Source: Shigella phage ESh36
Reading direction: 5' to 3' (one strand)
Sequence record: ON528746
DNA length: 64,000 bases
Both the position numbers and the translations under genes were made by a program. Positions 29,354 through 48,507 of the stretch are shown here, one piece after another (position 1 is the stretch's first letter; each line of letters starts with the position of its first letter). The notes beneath the pieces were generated by a model, which saw only the letters and a list, made by a program, of their open reading frames with translations, ran no database searches and had not been told where the DNA came from.

Positions 29354-30900
29354 GTAACAATACATATCAGCACGTATCAAATGAATCAAAATATGTTAAA
29401 TTCGATCCTACTGGATCGAATTTTCCTGACACTGTCACGACAGTGCAGTCTGCATTATCAAAAATAAGTAATATTGGCGTAAATGGTATTCCTGATGCAA
29501 CTATGGAAGTTAAAGGAATAGCAATGATTGCGTCAGAACAAGAGGTTTTAGATGGAACTAATAATTCTAAAATCGTTACACCAGCTACATTAGCAACAAG
29601 ATTATTGTATCCAAATGCTACTGAAACTAAATATGGTTTAACGCGTTATTCAACAAATGAAGAAACATTAAAAGGCTCAGATAATAATTCATCAATAACA
29701 CCACAAAAACTGAAATACCACACTGACGATGTGTTCAAAAATAGATATTCGTCTGAGTCATCAAACGGGGTTATTAAAATATCATCTACACCTGCAGCTT
29801 TGGCTGGAGTTGATGATACTACTGCGATGACTCCGCTAAAAACCCAAAAACTTGCAATAAAATTAATTTCGCAAATAGCTCCTTCAGAAGACACTGCAAC
29901 AGAATCGGTGAGAGGAGTAGTTCAATTATCTACTGTTGCACAAATTCGTCAAGGAACTCTTCGCGAAGGATATGCAATTTCTCCGTATACCTTTATGAAT
30001 TCTGTTGCAACACAAGAATATAAGGGTGTTATACGTTTAGGAACACAATCGGAAATTAACAGTAATTTAGGAGATGTTGCAGTAACAGGTGAAACATTAA
30101 ATGGTCGAGGAGCTACTGGTTCTATGCGCGGTGTAGTAAAATTAACGACGCAAGCCGGTATTGCCCCCGAAGGTGATGGCTCTGGAGCATTAGCATGGAA
30201 CGCAGATGTAATTAATACTCGCGGTGGACAAACTATTAACGGTTCTTTAAATTTAGACCATCTTACAGCAAATGGAATTTGGTCACGCGGCGGTATGTGG
30301 AAAAATGGCGATCAACCTGTTGCCACTGAAAGATATGCGTCTGAAAGGGTTCCAGTTGGAACTATTATGATGTTTGCAGGTGATTCTGCACCTCCAGGTT
30401 GGATTATGTGCCATGGTGGAACCGTGTCAGGAGATCAATATCCTGATTATAGAAACACAGTTGGAACAAGATTTGGTGGTGATTGGAATAACCCTGGCAT
30501 TCCTGATATGCGAGGTCTTTTCGTCAGAGGAGCTGGCACAGGAGGTCATATTTTAAATCAACGAGGACAAGATGGTTATGGAAAGGATAGACTTGGCGTA
30601 GGATGTGACGGAATGCATGTTGGCGGTGTTCAAGCACAACAAATGTCATACCATAAACATGCTGGTGGCTGGGGAGAATACCAAAGACATGAAGCTCCAT
30701 TTGGCGCGTCCGTTTATCAAGGATATCTTGGAACTAGAAAATATGCCGACTGGGATAACGCTTCATACTTCACTAATGATGGATTTGAATTAGGTGGACC
30801 GAGAGATGCCCTTGGTACACTTAATCGTGAAGGATTAATTGGTTATGAAACTAGACCATGGAATATATCATTAAACTATATTATTAAAATTCATTACTAA
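29350..30900 (+). CDS. 12: short tail fibre protein gp12
   Basis: 516 aa, position between 11 and wac; T4 gp12 about 527 aa. Confidence 0.9.
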   Translation: MSNNTYQHVSNESKYVKFDPTGSNFPDTVTTVQSALSKISNIGVNGIPDATMEVKGIAMIASEQEVLDGTNNSKIVTPATLATRLLYPNATETKYGLTRYSTNEETLKGSDNNSSITPQKLKYHTDDVFKNRYSSESSNGVIKISSTPAALAGVDDTTAMTPLKTQKLAIKLISQIAPSEDTATESVRGVVQLSTVAQIRQGTLREGYAISPYTFMNSVATQEYKGVIRLGTQSEINSNLGDVAVTGETLNGRGATGSMRGVVKLTTQAGIAPEGDGSGALAWNADVINTRGGQTINGSLNLDHLTANGIWSRGGMWKNGDQPVATERYASERVPVGTIMMFAGDSAPPGWIMCHGGTVSGDQYPDYRNTVGTRFGGDWNNPGIPDMRGLFVRGAGTGGHILNQRGQDGYGKDRLGVGCDGMHVGGVQAQQMSYHKHAGGWGEYQRHEAPFGASVYQGYLGTRKYADWDNASYFTNDGFELGGPRDALGTLNREGLIGYETRPWNISLNYIIKIHY

Positions 30901-30909
30901 GGATTACAA

Positions 30910-32367
30910 ATGATTGAATTAAAAGAGTTACCTTTTGTTGATAGCGTTCCTGACGAAGGTCAGGAACGTATTTCATGGATTAAAAATGGTGAAGAAATAT
31001 TAGGAGCTAGTACTAAGTATGGAAATGATGGATCAATGAATAGACCAATTGTTTCCGTGTTTAAAAACGTCGAAGTTCTTGATGAAAATGTGGGAATTCT
31101 TAAAACTGCCATTGAAACATCACAGAAAGATATTAAAACAATTCAAGGAGTTTTAGATGTATCAGGAGATATAGAAGCGCTATCACAGATCAGCGTTAAT
31201 AAAAATGATATATCAAGTTTAAAGACGCTCACAAGTGAACATACTGATATATTAAATGGTACAAATACTACGGTTGATAATATTCTTTCTGATATTGGTC
31301 CATTTAATTCGCAAGCAAATTCAGTTTATAGAACAATTAGAAATGATTTATTGTGGATTAAACAGGAATTAGGACAATATTCTGGCCAAGACATTAACGG
31401 TCTTCCTGTTGTTGGTAATGCTAGCACAGGAATGAAGCACCGTATCATTAATAATACAGATGCTATAACTTCCCAAGGAATACGTCTAAGTGATTTGGAA
31501 GAAAAATTTATTGAATCTGATGTAGGTTCGCTTACAATCGAAGTAGGAAATCTTAGACAGGAATTAGGACAAAGACCGCCTTCATTTAGTGAAAGTATAT
31601 ATTCACGTGTGCATAATTTAGATCAATCACAAATTAATCTTAATTCCGAAATTAAATCTATCAAAACTTCTATTGGATATCCAGGAAATACTTCAATAAT
31701 CACAGATGTTAACACTAATACACGAGAAATTTCAGCTTTAACTGATGAGCTAAATAAAAGCGGAGGTGTTAAACAGCGATTAACTGTCATTGAAACATCA
31801 ATTGGCTCAGATGATATTCCTTCTAGTATTAAAGGTAAAATTAAAGATAATACAACATCTATTGAGTTTTTAAATGGAATTGTTGGTGAAAACACTTCAT
31901 CTGGACTACGAGCAAACGTTTCGTGGTTAAACCAAATTGTTGGAACTGATTCTAGCGGTGGACAACCTTCTCCTCCTGGGTCTCTTTTAAATAGAGTTTC
32001 AACAGTTGAAACTTCCGTTAATAGACTGAATAATGATGTTCAAAACTTGCAAGTTGAAATTGGTAATAACAATTCCGGAATTAAAGGACAGGTTGTAACA
32101 TTAAATAAATTAGTAAATGGAACAAATCCAAATGGTTCAACTGTCGAAGAACGTGGATTAACTAATTCAATAAAAGCTAATGAAACTAACATTTCTTCTA
32201 TTAATCAAGAAATGCGTAGTATTAAAAGTAATGTATCTTCATTACAGGCGGATGTTCAGACTTTACAGGAAGCAGGTTATATTCCTGAAGCTCCAAAAGA
32301 TGGTCAAGCTTACGTTCGTAAAGACGGCGAATGGGTATTACTTTCTACCTTTTTATCACCAGCATAA
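30910..32367 (+). CDS. wac: fibritin (whisker) with C-terminal foldon
   Basis: 485 aa coiled-coil protein ending [30 protein letters not shown] (foldon). Confidence 0.95.
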   Translation: MIELKELPFVDSVPDEGQERISWIKNGEEILGASTKYGNDGSMNRPIVSVFKNVEVLDENVGILKTAIETSQKDIKTIQGVLDVSGDIEALSQISVNKNDISSLKTLTSEHTDILNGTNTTVDNILSDIGPFNSQANSVYRTIRNDLLWIKQELGQYSGQDINGLPVVGNASTGMKHRIINNTDAITSQGIRLSDLEEKFIESDVGSLTIEVGNLRQELGQRPPSFSESIYSRVHNLDQSQINLNSEIKSIKTSIGYPGNTSIITDVNTNTREISALTDELNKSGGVKQRLTVIETSIGSDDIPSSIKGKIKDNTTSIEFLNGIVGENTSSGLRANVSWLNQIVGTDSSGGQPSPPGSLLNRVSTVETSVNRLNNDVQNLQVEIGNNNSGIKGQVVTLNKLVNGTNPNGSTVEERGLTNSIKANETNISSINQEMRSIKSNVSSLQADVQTLQEAGYIPEAPKDGQAYVRKDGEWVLLSTFLSPA

Positions 32368-32371
32368 CATG

Positions 32372-32398
32372 GGGGCCGCAAGGCCCCAAAGGATTTTT
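32372..32398 (+). terminator. rho-independent terminator after wac
   Basis: Hairpin GGGGCC-GCAA-GGCCCC followed by an AT-rich tract with TTTTT. Confidence 0.55.
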
Positions 32399-32400
32399 AA

Positions 32401-34911
<2,511 letters not shown>

Positions 34912-34952
34912 TAAATATTATAAACTAATTAAAGCCCAGATTAGGAGAAATC

Positions 34953-38090
<3,138 letters not shown>

Positions 38091-38121
38091 ATATATTAAA
38101 GCATATTAAAGAGGATTAAAA

Positions 38122-40101
38122 ATGACTTTATTATCTCCGGGCATTGAGCTCAAAGAAACTACGGTTCAAAGCACCGTGGTTAATAACTCTACTGGTACAG
38201 CAGCTTTGGCCGGTAAATTCCAGTGGGGTCCTGCTTTTCAAATTAAACAGGTTACAAATGAAGTAGATTTAGTTAATACTTTTGGTCAACCTACAGCTGA
38301 AACTGCTGACTATTTTATGTCTGCAATGAATTTCTTACAATACGGAAATGATTTGCGAGTTGTACGCGCTGTCGATAGAGATACCGCTAAAAACTCATCT
38401 CCGATTGCTGGTAATATTGAATACACTATTTCTACCCCAGGTAGTAACTACGCGGTTGGAGATAAAATCACGGTTAAGTATGTTTCAGAAGATGTTGAAA
38501 CAGAATGTAAAGTTACCGAAGTAGATGCTGATGGAAAAATTAAGAAAATTAATATTCCTACCGCAAAAATTATCGCTAAAGCGAAAGAAGTAGGCGAATA
38601 TCCAGCATTAGGTTCTAACTGGACCGCGGAAATTTCTTCGTCTTCCTCTGGTTTAGCCGCAGTAATAACTCTTGGAAAAATTATTACTGATTCTGGTATT
38701 TTATTAGCTGAAATTGAAAATGCCGAAGCTGCTATGACAGCTGTTGACTTTCAGGCAAATCTCGAAAAATATGGAATTCCAGGAGTAGTAGCTCTTTATC
38801 CAGGCGAGTTGGGCGATAAAATCGAAATTGAAATCGTATCTAAAGCTGACTACGCAAAAGGTGCTTCTGCATTACTCCCAATTTATCCAGGTGGCGGAAC
38901 ACGCGCATCTACTGCCAAAGCAGTGTTTGGATATGGACCACAAACTGATTCACAATATGCTATTATAGTTCGTCGCAATGATGCTATTGTTCAAAGCGTT
39001 GTTCTTTCGACAAAGCGAGGTGAAAAAGATATTTACGATAGTAACATCTATATTGACGACTTTTTCGCAAAAGGTGGTTCAGAATATATTTTCGCAACTG
39101 CACAAAACTGGCCAGAAGGCTTCTCTGGAATTTTAACTCTGTCTGGTGGATTATCATCAAATGCTGAAGTAACAGCAGGAGATTTGATGGAAGCTTGGGA
39201 CTTCTTTGCTGACCGTGAATCTGTTGATGTTCAGTTGTTTATTGCGGGTTCTTGTGCCGGTGAATCTTTAGAAACAGCATCTACTGTCCAAAAACACGTC
39301 GTTTCAATTGGGGATGCTCGCCAAGATTGCTTAGTACTGTGCTCGCCACCGCGTGAAACTGTAGTTGGAATTCCTGTAACTCGTGCTGTTGATAACTTAG
39401 TCAATTGGAGAACTGCAACAGGTTCATACACTGATAATAACTTTAATATCAGTTCAACCTACGCAGCAATTGATGGTAACTACAAGTATCAGTATGACAA
39501 ATATAATGATGTAAATCGTTGGGTTCCATTAGCAGCTGATATTGCTGGTTTATGCGCGAGAACCGATAACGTTTCTCAGACTTGGATGTCTCCAGCTGGT
39601 TATAATCGCGGCCAGATTTTGAACGTTATTAAACTTGCTATTGAAACTCGCCAGGCGCAGCGCGACCGTTTATATCAAGAAGCTATCAACCCAGTAACTG
39701 GTACAGGTGGTGATGGTTACGTATTGTATGGTGATAAAACAGCTACTTCTGTTCCTTCTCCATTTGATCGTATTAACGTTCGTCGTCTGTTTAATATGTT
39801 GAAAACGAATATCGGACGTAGTTCAAAATATCGTTTGTTCGAATTAAACAACGCGTTTACTCGTTCATCGTTCCGCACAGAAACTTCCCAGTACTTGCAG
39901 GGAATTAAAGCTCTCGGTGGAATTTATGAATATCGTGTAGTTTGCGATACAACAAATAACACTCCGTCAGTAATTGATAGAAATGAGTTTGTTGCAACAT
40001 TCTACATCCAACCGGCTAGAAGCATTAACTACATTACCTTAAACTTCGTAGCAACTGCTACTGGTGCAGATTTCGATGAGTTAACTGGTCTTGCAGGTTA
40101 A
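38122..40101 (+). CDS. 18: tail sheath protein gp18
   Basis: 659 aa, T4 gp18 length and sequence. Confidence 0.95.
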   Translation: MTLLSPGIELKETTVQSTVVNNSTGTAALAGKFQWGPAFQIKQVTNEVDLVNTFGQPTAETADYFMSAMNFLQYGNDLRVVRAVDRDTAKNSSPIAGNIEYTISTPGSNYAVGDKITVKYVSEDVETECKVTEVDADGKIKKINIPTAKIIAKAKEVGEYPALGSNWTAEISSSSSGLAAVITLGKIITDSGILLAEIENAEAAMTAVDFQANLEKYGIPGVVALYPGELGDKIEIEIVSKADYAKGASALLPIYPGGGTRASTAKAVFGYGPQTDSQYAIIVRRNDAIVQSVVLSTKRGEKDIYDSNIYIDDFFAKGGSEYIFATAQNWPEGFSGILTLSGGLSSNAEVTAGDLMEAWDFFADRESVDVQLFIAGSCAGESLETASTVQKHVVSIGDARQDCLVLCSPPRETVVGIPVTRAVDNLVNWRTATGSYTDNNFNISSTYAAIDGNYKYQYDKYNDVNRWVPLAADIAGLCARTDNVSQTWMSPAGYNRGQILNVIKLAIETRQAQRDRLYQEAINPVTGTGGDGYVLYGDKTATSVPSPFDRINVRRLFNMLKTNIGRSSKYRLFELNNAFTRSSFRTETSQYLQGIKALGGIYEYRVVCDTTNNTPSVIDRNEFVATFYIQPARSINYITLNFVATATGADFDELTGLAG

Positions 40102-40195
40102 TACGGTGCATTCTAAAGGCCTGTTTCGGCAGGCCATATAAATACACTATATCCTTAATTCTTTAATTCTATATGCCCTAGGTTAAACATAGGGA

Positions 40196-40203
40196 TATAA
40201 ATA
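40196..40203 (+). promoter_or_regulatory. late promoter (TATAAATA) for gene 19
   Basis: Exact TATAAATA 15 nt upstream of the gene 19 ATG; a second TATAAATA lies at 40137-40144. Confidence 0.5.
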
Positions 40204-40217
40204 CTACAGAGGCTAAT

Positions 40218-40709
40218 ATGTTTGTAGATGATGTAACACGAGCGTTTGAATCTGGTGATTTTGCTCGACCTAACTTATTCCAAGTAGAAATTTCTTATCT
40301 TGGTCAAAATTTTACGTTTCAATGCAAAGCCACTGCTTTACCAGCTGGTATTGTAGAAAAAATTCCAGTCGGATTTATGAACCGTAAAATTAACGTAGCA
40401 GGCGATCGTACATTCGATGACTGGACTGTTACAGTAATGAACGATGAGGCACATGATGCTCGCCAGAAGTTTGTTGATTGGCAAAGCATTGCTGCTGGGC
40501 AAGGGAACGAAATTACTGGTGGAAAACCAGCAGAGTATAAAAAGAGCGCTGTTGTTCGCCAATACGCTCGTGACGCTAAAACTGTAACAAAAGAAGTCGA
40601 AATTAAAGGCCTGTGGCCTACTAACGTGGGTGAACTTCAATTAGATTGGGATTCAAACAATGAAATCCAAACATTTGAAGTAACTCTTGCTCTCGATTAT
40701 TGGGAATAA
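40218..40709 (+). CDS. 19: tail tube protein gp19
   Basis: 163 aa, T4 gp19 length and sequence. Confidence 0.95.
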   Translation: MFVDDVTRAFESGDFARPNLFQVEISYLGQNFTFQCKATALPAGIVEKIPVGFMNRKINVAGDRTFDDWTVTVMNDEAHDARQKFVDWQSIAAGQGNEITGGKPAEYKKSAVVRQYARDAKTVTKEVEIKGLWPTNVGELQLDWDSNNEIQTFEVTLALDYWE

Positions 40710-40716
40710 AATGAAT

Positions 40717-40730
40717 GGGGAGAAATCCCC
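40717..40730 (+). terminator. GNRA-tetraloop hairpin after gene 19 (terminator or RNA stabiliser)
   Basis: GGGGA-GAAA-TCCCC immediately after the gene 19 stop. Confidence 0.4.
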
Positions 40731-40741
40731 ATCCTGCTTAA

Positions 40742-42366
<1,625 letters not shown>

Positions 42367-42367
<1 letters not shown>

Positions 42368-42609
42368 TGGAAGGTTTAATTGAAGCTATTAAATCAAACG
42401 ACCTCGTAGCCGCTCGTAAATTCTTTGCTGAAGCCATGGCTGCAAGAACGATTGATTTAATTAAAGAAGAAAAAATCGCTATCGCTCGTAATTTCTTAAT
42501 CGAAGGTGAAGAACCTGATGATGAGGATGATGATGACGAAGATAGCGATGATAAAGACGACAAAAAAGACAAAGACTCTGACGAAGATGACGAAGACGAG
42601 GATGAATAA
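42367..42609 (+). CDS. 67: prohead core protein gp67
   Basis: 80 aa with poly-acidic C-terminus ([15 protein letters not shown]...). Confidence 0.85.
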
Positions 42610-43034
42610 TGCTTCTGATCCCTGAAACTCATGAATTAGTTCTCGAGAATGTCGAAGCACTTATTCCTGAAGCACAGGGTCGCTTTGACGAATTGTCTTC
42701 TGCTTTAAATAAAGACGATATAAATACAATTGTCGAGAATATGCTTGATGATGAAACTGATTTAGCGATTGCATTAGCTTCTATTAATGAAGATATGCCG
42801 CTAAATGAATTCATCGTTAAACATGTTTCTGCTCGTGGTGAAATTACACGTACTAAAGACCGCAAGACGCGTGAACGTAATGCATTTCAAACCACCGGGC
42901 TGTCTAAAGCAAAACGTAGACAAATTGCTCGCAAAGCTACCAAAACGAAGATTGCCAACCCAGCAGGTCAATCTCGTGCTCAGCGTAAGCGTAAAAAAGC
43001 TCTTAAACGCCGTAAAGCATTAGGATTAAGCTAA
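42609..43034 (+). CDS. 68: prohead core protein gp68
   Basis: 141 aa between 67 and 21. Confidence 0.8.
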   Translation: MLLIPETHELVLENVEALIPEAQGRFDELSSALNKDDINTIVENMLDDETDLAIALASINEDMPLNEFIVKHVSARGEITRTKDRKTRERNAFQTTGLSKAKRRQIARKATKTKIANPAGQSRAQRKRKKALKRRKALGLS

Positions 43035-43672
43035 TGAATGAACCCCAATTACTAATTGAAACTTGGGGTCAACCTGGCGAAATTATTGATGGTGTGCCAA
43101 TGCTTGAATCTCATGATGGAAAAGACCTCGGTTTAAAACCTGGTTTATACATCGAAGGAATATTCATGCAAGCGGAAGTCGTCAATAGAAATAAACGTCT
43201 TTATCCAAAACGCATATTAGAAAAAGCGGTAAAAGACTATATCAATGAGCAAGTTTTAACTAAACAAGCTCTCGGAGAATTAAATCATCCTCCACGCGCT
43301 AATGTTGACCCGATGCAAGCCGCTATCATTATAGAAGATATGTGGTGGAAAGGAAATGACGTATACGGACGAGCTCGTGTTATTGAAGGTGACCATGGTC
43401 CTGGAGATAAATTAGCAGCTAATATTCGTGCCGGATGGATTCCAGGAGTTTCTTCTCGTGGATTAGGTTCATTGACTGACACAAATAAAGGTTATCGTAT
43501 CGTAAACGAAGGATTCAAATTAACTGTAGGTGTTGATGCAGTATGGGGTCCAAGTGCTCCAGATGCATGGGTAACTCCTAAGGAAATTACCGAATCACAG
43601 ACGGCGGAAGCCGATACAAGTGCCGATGACGCCTATATGGCTCTCGCAGAGGCCATGAAAAAAGCGTTATAA
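43034..43672 (+). CDS. 21: prohead core scaffold protein and protease gp21
   Basis: 212 aa, T4 gp21 length and position. Confidence 0.9.
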   Translation: MNEPQLLIETWGQPGEIIDGVPMLESHDGKDLGLKPGLYIEGIFMQAEVVNRNKRLYPKRILEKAVKDYINEQVLTKQALGELNHPPRANVDPMQAAIIIEDMWWKGNDVYGRARVIEGDHGPGDKLAANIRAGWIPGVSSRGLGSLTDTNKGYRIVNEGFKLTVGVDAVWGPSAPDAWVTPKEITESQTAEADTSADDAYMALAEAMKKAL

Positions 43673-43702
43673 ATATTATTATCTAAACAACAGGACTACA
43701 AA

Positions 43703-44512
43703 ATGCTTAAAGAACAACTGATTGCCGAAGCGCAGAAAATTGATGCTTCCGTTGCTCTTGATAGTATTTTCGAATCAGTTAATATTTCTCCGGAAGCAAA
43801 AGAAACTTTCGGCACTGTATTCGAAGCTACCGTCAAGCAGCACGCCGTTAAATTAGCTGAATCTCATATCGCTAAAATTGCTGAAAAAGCAGAAGAAGAA
43901 GTAGAAAAAAATAAAGAAGAAGCCGAAGAAAAAGCTGAGAAGAAAATTGCTGAGCAAGCTTCTAAATTCATCGACCATCTTGCAAAAGAATGGCTCGCTG
44001 AAAATAAATTAGCAGTTGATAAAGGCATCAAAGCCGAACTGTTTGAATCCATGCTAGGTGGATTAAAAGAGCTCTTTGTTGAACACAACGTTGTTGTTCC
44101 AGAAGAATCAGTTGATGTTGTAGCTGAAATGGAAGAAGAGCTGCAAGAACATAAAGAAGAATCAGCTCGTCTGTTCGAAGAACTCAATAAGCGTGACGCA
44201 TATATCAATTATGTGCAGCGTGAAGTGGCATTGAGCGAAAGTACTAAAGATCTGACTGAGTCTCAAAAAGAAAAAGTCTCTGCTCTGGTCGAAGGTATGG
44301 ATTATTCAGATGCATTCTCAAGTAAATTGAGTGCAATCGTAGAAATGGTGAAGAAATCTAATAAAGATGAAAGCACTATTACTGAGAGTATAAATACTCC
44401 TGATACTGAAGCAGCCGGACTGAATTTCGTCACTGAAGCTGTAGAAGATAAATCTGCACCTGGTGCAGAAGATATTGTAAGTGTATATGCGAAAGTCGCA
44501 TCTCGTTTCTAA
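43703..44512 (+). CDS. 22: prohead core scaffold protein gp22
   Basis: 269 aa acidic coiled-coil protein. Confidence 0.9.
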   Translation: MLKEQLIAEAQKIDASVALDSIFESVNISPEAKETFGTVFEATVKQHAVKLAESHIAKIAEKAEEEVEKNKEEAEEKAEKKIAEQASKFIDHLAKEWLAENKLAVDKGIKAELFESMLGGLKELFVEHNVVVPEESVDVVAEMEEELQEHKEESARLFEELNKRDAYINYVQREVALSESTKDLTESQKEKVSALVEGMDYSDAFSSKLSAIVEMVKKSNKDESTITESINTPDTEAAGLNFVTEAVEDKSAPGAEDIVSVYAKVASRF

Positions 44513-44530
44513 TTTTAAAGGTTAACACAA

Positions 44531-46096
44531 ATGACTATCAAAACTAAAGCTGAACTTTTGAACAAATGGAAGCCATTACTGGAAGGTGAAGGTTTACCGG
44601 AAATTGCTAATAGCAAACAAGCGATTATCGCTAAAATCTTTGAAAACCAGGAAAAAGATTTCCAGACAGCTCCGGAATATAAAGACGAAAAAATTGCTCA
44701 GGCATTCGGTTCTTTCTTAACAGAAGCTGAAATCGGTGGTGACCACGGTTACAATGCTACCAACATCGCTGCAGGTCAGACTTCTGGCGCAGTAACTCAG
44801 ATTGGCCCAGCTGTTATGGGTATGGTACGTCGTGCTATTCCTAACCTGATTGCTTTCGATATTTGTGGTGTTCAGCCGATGAACAGCCCGACTGGCCAGG
44901 TATTCGCACTGCGCGCAGTATACGGTAAAGACCCAATCGCTGCCGGCGCTAAAGAAGCATTCCACCCAATGTATGGTCCAGATGCAATGTTCTCTGGTCA
45001 GGGTGCTGCTAAGAAATTCGCAGCTCTGGCTGCTAGCACACAAACCACAGTAGGTGATATCTATACTCACTTCTTCCAGGACACTGGTACTGTGTATCTG
45101 CAAGCTTCTGCTCAAGTAACAATTAGTGCAAGCGCAACTGATGCAGCTAAATTAGATGCTGAAATTAAGAAACAAATGGAAGCTGGTGCACTGGTAGAAA
45201 TCGCTGAAGGTATGGCTACTTCTATCGCTGAACTCCAGGAAGGTTTCAATGGTTCTACCGATAACCCATGGAATGAAATGGGCTTCCGTATCGATAAACA
45301 AGTTATCGAAGCTAAATCTCGTCAGTTGAAAGCTGCTTACTCTATCGAATTAGCACAGGATCTCCGCGCTGTTCACGGTATGGATGCTGATGCTGAACTG
45401 TCTGGCATTCTGGCTACAGAAATTATGCTGGAAATCAACCGTGAAATTGTTGATTGGATTAACTACTCAGCTCAGGTTGGTAAATCTGGTATGACCCTGA
45501 CTCCGGGTTCTAAAGCTGGTGTATTTGACTTCCAGGATCCGATTGATATTCGTGGTGCTCGCTGGGCAGGTGAATCCTTTAAAGCTCTGTTGTTCCAGAT
45601 TGACAAAGAAGCAGTTGAAATTGCTCGTCAGACTGGTCGCGGCGAAGGTAACTTCATTATCGCTTCCCGTAACGTAGTTAACGTTCTGGCTTCAGTTGAT
45701 ACTGGCATTTCTTATGCTGCACAGGGTCTGGCTACCGGCTTTAACACTGATACTACCAAGTCAGTATTTGCTGGTGTTCTGGGTGGTAAATACCGTGTAT
45801 ATATCGACCAGTATGCTAAACAGGATTATTTCACTGTAGGTTATAAAGGTCCGAATGAAATGGATGCTGGTATTTACTACGCTCCATATGTAGCTCTGAC
45901 TCCGCTGCGTGGTTCCGATCCGAAGAACTTCCAACCGGTAATGGGATTCAAAACTCGTTACGGTATCGGTATCAACCCATTTGCAGAATCCGCTGCTCAG
46001 GCTCCGGCTTCTCGCATCCAGAGCGGTATGCCTTCTATTCTGAATAGCCTTGGTAAAAACGCTTACTTCCGCCGTGTATATGTTAAAGGTATCTAA
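44531..46096 (+). CDS. 23: major capsid protein gp23
   Basis: 521 aa MTIKTKAELLNKWKPLLEGEGLPEIANSKQAIIAKIFENQEKDFQTAPEYKDEKIAQAFGSFLTEAEIGGDHGYNATNIAAGQTSGAVTQIGPAVMGMVRRAIPNLIAFDICGVQPM. Confidence 0.97.
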   Translation: MTIKTKAELLNKWKPLLEGEGLPEIANSKQAIIAKIFENQEKDFQTAPEYKDEKIAQAFGSFLTEAEIGGDHGYNATNIAAGQTSGAVTQIGPAVMGMVRRAIPNLIAFDICGVQPMNSPTGQVFALRAVYGKDPIAAGAKEAFHPMYGPDAMFSGQGAAKKFAALAASTQTTVGDIYTHFFQDTGTVYLQASAQVTISASATDAAKLDAEIKKQMEAGALVEIAEGMATSIAELQEGFNGSTDNPWNEMGFRIDKQVIEAKSRQLKAAYSIELAQDLRAVHGMDADAELSGILATEIMLEINREIVDWINYSAQVGKSGMTLTPGSKAGVFDFQDPIDIRGARWAGESFKALLFQIDKEAVEIARQTGRGEGNFIIASRNVVNVLASVDTGISYAAQGLATGFNTDTTKSVFAGVLGGKYRVYIDQYAKQDYFTVGYKGPNEMDAGIYYAPYVALTPLRGSDPKNFQPVMGFKTRYGIGINPFAESAAQAPASRIQSGMPSILNSLGKNAYFRRVYVKGI

Positions 46097-46111
46097 TCTT
46101 TGACGATTTAA

Positions 46112-46141
46112 GGGACCTTCGGGGTCCCTTTAGTTGTTTTT
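46112..46141 (+). terminator. rho-independent terminator after gene 23
   Basis: Hairpin GGGACC-TTCG-GGGTCCC (UUCG-type loop) followed by TTTAGTTGTTTTT. Confidence 0.65.
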
Positions 46142-46145
46142 ATGG

Positions 46146-46153
46146 TATAAATA
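46146..46153 (+). promoter_or_regulatory. late promoter (TATAAATA) for gene 24
   Basis: Exact TATAAATA 28 nt upstream of the gene 24 ATG. Confidence 0.55.
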
Positions 46154-46180
46154 AATCATATAAACCAAAAGGAAAGCGCA

Positions 46181-47464
46181 ATGGCTAAAATCAACGAACT
46201 TCTGCGCGAATCAACCACAACGAATAGCAACTCAATCGGTCGCCCAAATCTCGTTGCTTTGACTCGCGCTACCACTAAATTAATATATTCTGACATTGTA
46301 GCAACGCAAAGAACTAATCAACCTGTTGCTGCTTTTTATGGTATCAAATACCTTAACCCGGATAACGAATTTACATTTAAAACTGGTGCTACTTATGCTG
46401 GCGAAGCTGGGTATGTAGACCGAGAACAAATCACAGAATTAACAGAAGAGTCTAAATTAACTCTCAATAAAGGCGATTTATTCAAATATAATAATATCGT
46501 TTATAAAGTATTAGAAAATACACCATTTGCTGATATTGAAGAAAGTGATTTAGAATTAGCTCTTCAGATTGCAATTGTTCTTTTAAAGGTTCGTCTATTT
46601 TCTGATGCTGCAGTAACAAGCAAATTTGAAAGCTCTGATAGTGAAATTGCGGATGCTAGATTCCAGATTAATAAATGGCAAACCGCAGTTAAATCTCGTA
46701 AACTTAAAACTGGCATTACAGTTGAATTAGCACAAGATTTAGAAGCAAATGGATTCGATGCTCCTAATTTCTTGGAAGATTTGCTTGCAACCGAAATGGC
46801 AGATGAAATCAATAAAGATATTCTGCAGTCTTTGATTACAGTGTCAAAACGCTATAAAGTTACAGGAATTACTGATACTGGATTCATTGATTTGAGTTAT
46901 GCATCTGCACCTGAAGCTGGTCGTTCATTATACCGAATGGTGTGTGAAATGGTTTCACATATTCAGAAAGAATCAACTTATACAGCAACGTTCTGTGTTG
47001 CTTCAGCTCGTGCTGCTGCGATTCTTGCTGCATCAGGTTGGTTAAAACATAAACCAGAAGATGACAAATATCTTTCACAAAATGCCTATGGGTTCTTAGC
47101 TAATGGTTTACCGCTTTATTGCGATACTAACAGCCCATTAGATTATGTAATCGTTGGCGTAGTAGAAAATATTGGTGAAAAAGAAATTGTTGGATCAATT
47201 TTCTATGCTCCGTATACAGAAGGTCTTGACTTAGATGACCCTGAACATGTAGGTGCATTTAAAGTTGTAGTTGATCCAGAAAGTTTGCAGCCATCTATCG
47301 GTTTATTAGTTAGATATGCTTTATCTGCAAATCCTTACACTGTAGCAAAAGATGAAAAAGAAGCAAGAATAATTGACGGTGGAGACATGGATAAAATGGC
47401 GGGTCGTTCAGATTTGTCTGTTTTATTAGGTGTTAAGCTACCAAAAATTATCGTTGATGAATAA
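46181..47464 (+). CDS. 24: capsid vertex protein gp24
   Basis: 427 aa gp23 paralogue. Confidence 0.95.
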   Translation: MAKINELLRESTTTNSNSIGRPNLVALTRATTKLIYSDIVATQRTNQPVAAFYGIKYLNPDNEFTFKTGATYAGEAGYVDREQITELTEESKLTLNKGDLFKYNNIVYKVLENTPFADIEESDLELALQIAIVLLKVRLFSDAAVTSKFESSDSEIADARFQINKWQTAVKSRKLKTGITVELAQDLEANGFDAPNFLEDLLATEMADEINKDILQSLITVSKRYKVTGITDTGFIDLSYASAPEAGRSLYRMVCEMVSHIQKESTYTATFCVASARAAAILAASGWLKHKPEDDKYLSQNAYGFLANGLPLYCDTNSPLDYVIVGVVENIGEKEIVGSIFYAPYTEGLDLDDPEHVGAFKVVVDPESLQPSIGLLVRYALSANPYTVAKDEKEARIIDGGDMDKMAGRSDLSVLLGVKLPKIIVDE

Positions 47465-47470
47465 AACAAA

Positions 47471-47492
47471 GGGACCTTTCGGTCCCTTTTTA
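47471..47492. terminator. bidirectional rho-independent terminator between gene 24 and rnlB
   Basis: Hairpin GGGACC-TTTCG-GTCCC flanked by A-run upstream and T-run downstream, between convergent genes. Confidence 0.65.
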
Positions 47493-47493
47493 T

Positions 47494-48498
47494 TTAACTT
47501 ACCAATTCAATCCAAGCCGGACGAAGTACATCTTGTACCATTTTAACTAATTCCTTCTTAATCAAAGAAGGATTATCCGCTTGAGCTAAAGTAATACCTT
47601 CACGAGAAGTTTCTTCCAAAATATCTTGAACAGTTAGTCCCATCACCTTTCCAAAATCCTTTGGACCAATTTCGCCAATTTTAGAAATAACGTTATTTAC
47701 TCGATTCAGTGTAACGTAACAAGCTAAAATTCCAACCAATTTGTTATCAGCTTCTGACAGTTCAACTTTAGCTTTAATAGGCTTATCAGACTTTTTCTTT
47801 TCACTAAATTTAGAGTTCTTGCATTTGATGGCTACACGATTGCGATTAGGCAGCCAAGAAGGATAACAAGGTTTCAATACATATCCTTCAGCGGTAAATA
47901 CTTCGCCTTTTGCTTCGGCATTCCAAACGCATTTATTTGCATCAACTAATCCAGCGTGGTCTACCGTAAAATTATAATCTTGGACGACGGAATCTAAATC
48001 ATTTGGCAATTTAATAAGTTCTTCAAATTTACCGCGACCTAAAAGTGGAGCCATTTTAAATTTAAATGTATTGCAGAATGATTCCATCATATAATCATCG
48101 ACATAAGTTACATCACCACTTTCGGTAGTAACAATAATGTCAAATACATAAAAATCTTTATCGCCATAATCAACATTCTTCTGAATGCCAGGTCCAGCGA
48201 ATTCGCCAAAAACTTGATAAGTCACAACAGCTGAAGTTTCCATAATTTCTTGGACAGCTTTAATAGAATCTTCGTAATTCTTTAAAATAATTTCATAACC
48301 GAAGAAATCTTCAGCAGGAAGAATTGGTCCAGTACGTTTAGCGCAAGTTACTTTATCACGCTCAATAATCAATGAGAAATTTGTGCCATGAATCTTTTCA
48401 CGAGCTACCCATTCGCCGCCAGTCAATCCTAAACTGTAAAGTTTTTCAATGAATTTAGAATTGTAATGATTTTCAAGACTGCTATACTTTTTAAACAT
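47494..48498 (-). CDS. rnlB: RNA ligase 2
   Basis: 334 aa [23 protein letters not shown]...; nucleotidyltransferase lysine motif KIHGTNF. Confidence 0.9.
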   Translation of the reverse strand: MFKKYSSLENHYNSKFIEKLYSLGLTGGEWVAREKIHGTNFSLIIERDKVTCAKRTGPILPAEDFFGYEIILKNYEDSIKAVQEIMETSAVVTYQVFGEFAGPGIQKNVDYGDKDFYVFDIIVTTESGDVTYVDDYMMESFCNTFKFKMAPLLGRGKFEELIKLPNDLDSVVQDYNFTVDHAGLVDANKCVWNAEAKGEVFTAEGYVLKPCYPSWLPNRNRVAIKCKNSKFSEKKKSDKPIKAKVELSEADNKLVGILACYVTLNRVNNVISKIGEIGPKDFGKVMGLTVQDILEETSREGITLAQADNPSLIKKELVKMVQDVLRPAWIELVS

Positions 48499-48507
48499 AA
48501 TTAATCC

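Noticed and set aside
43864-44208. 114-aa Ser-rich minus-strand ORF inside gene 22
   Set aside because: Antisense reading of the E/K-rich coiled-coil region of the scaffold gene; no start context; shadow ORF.
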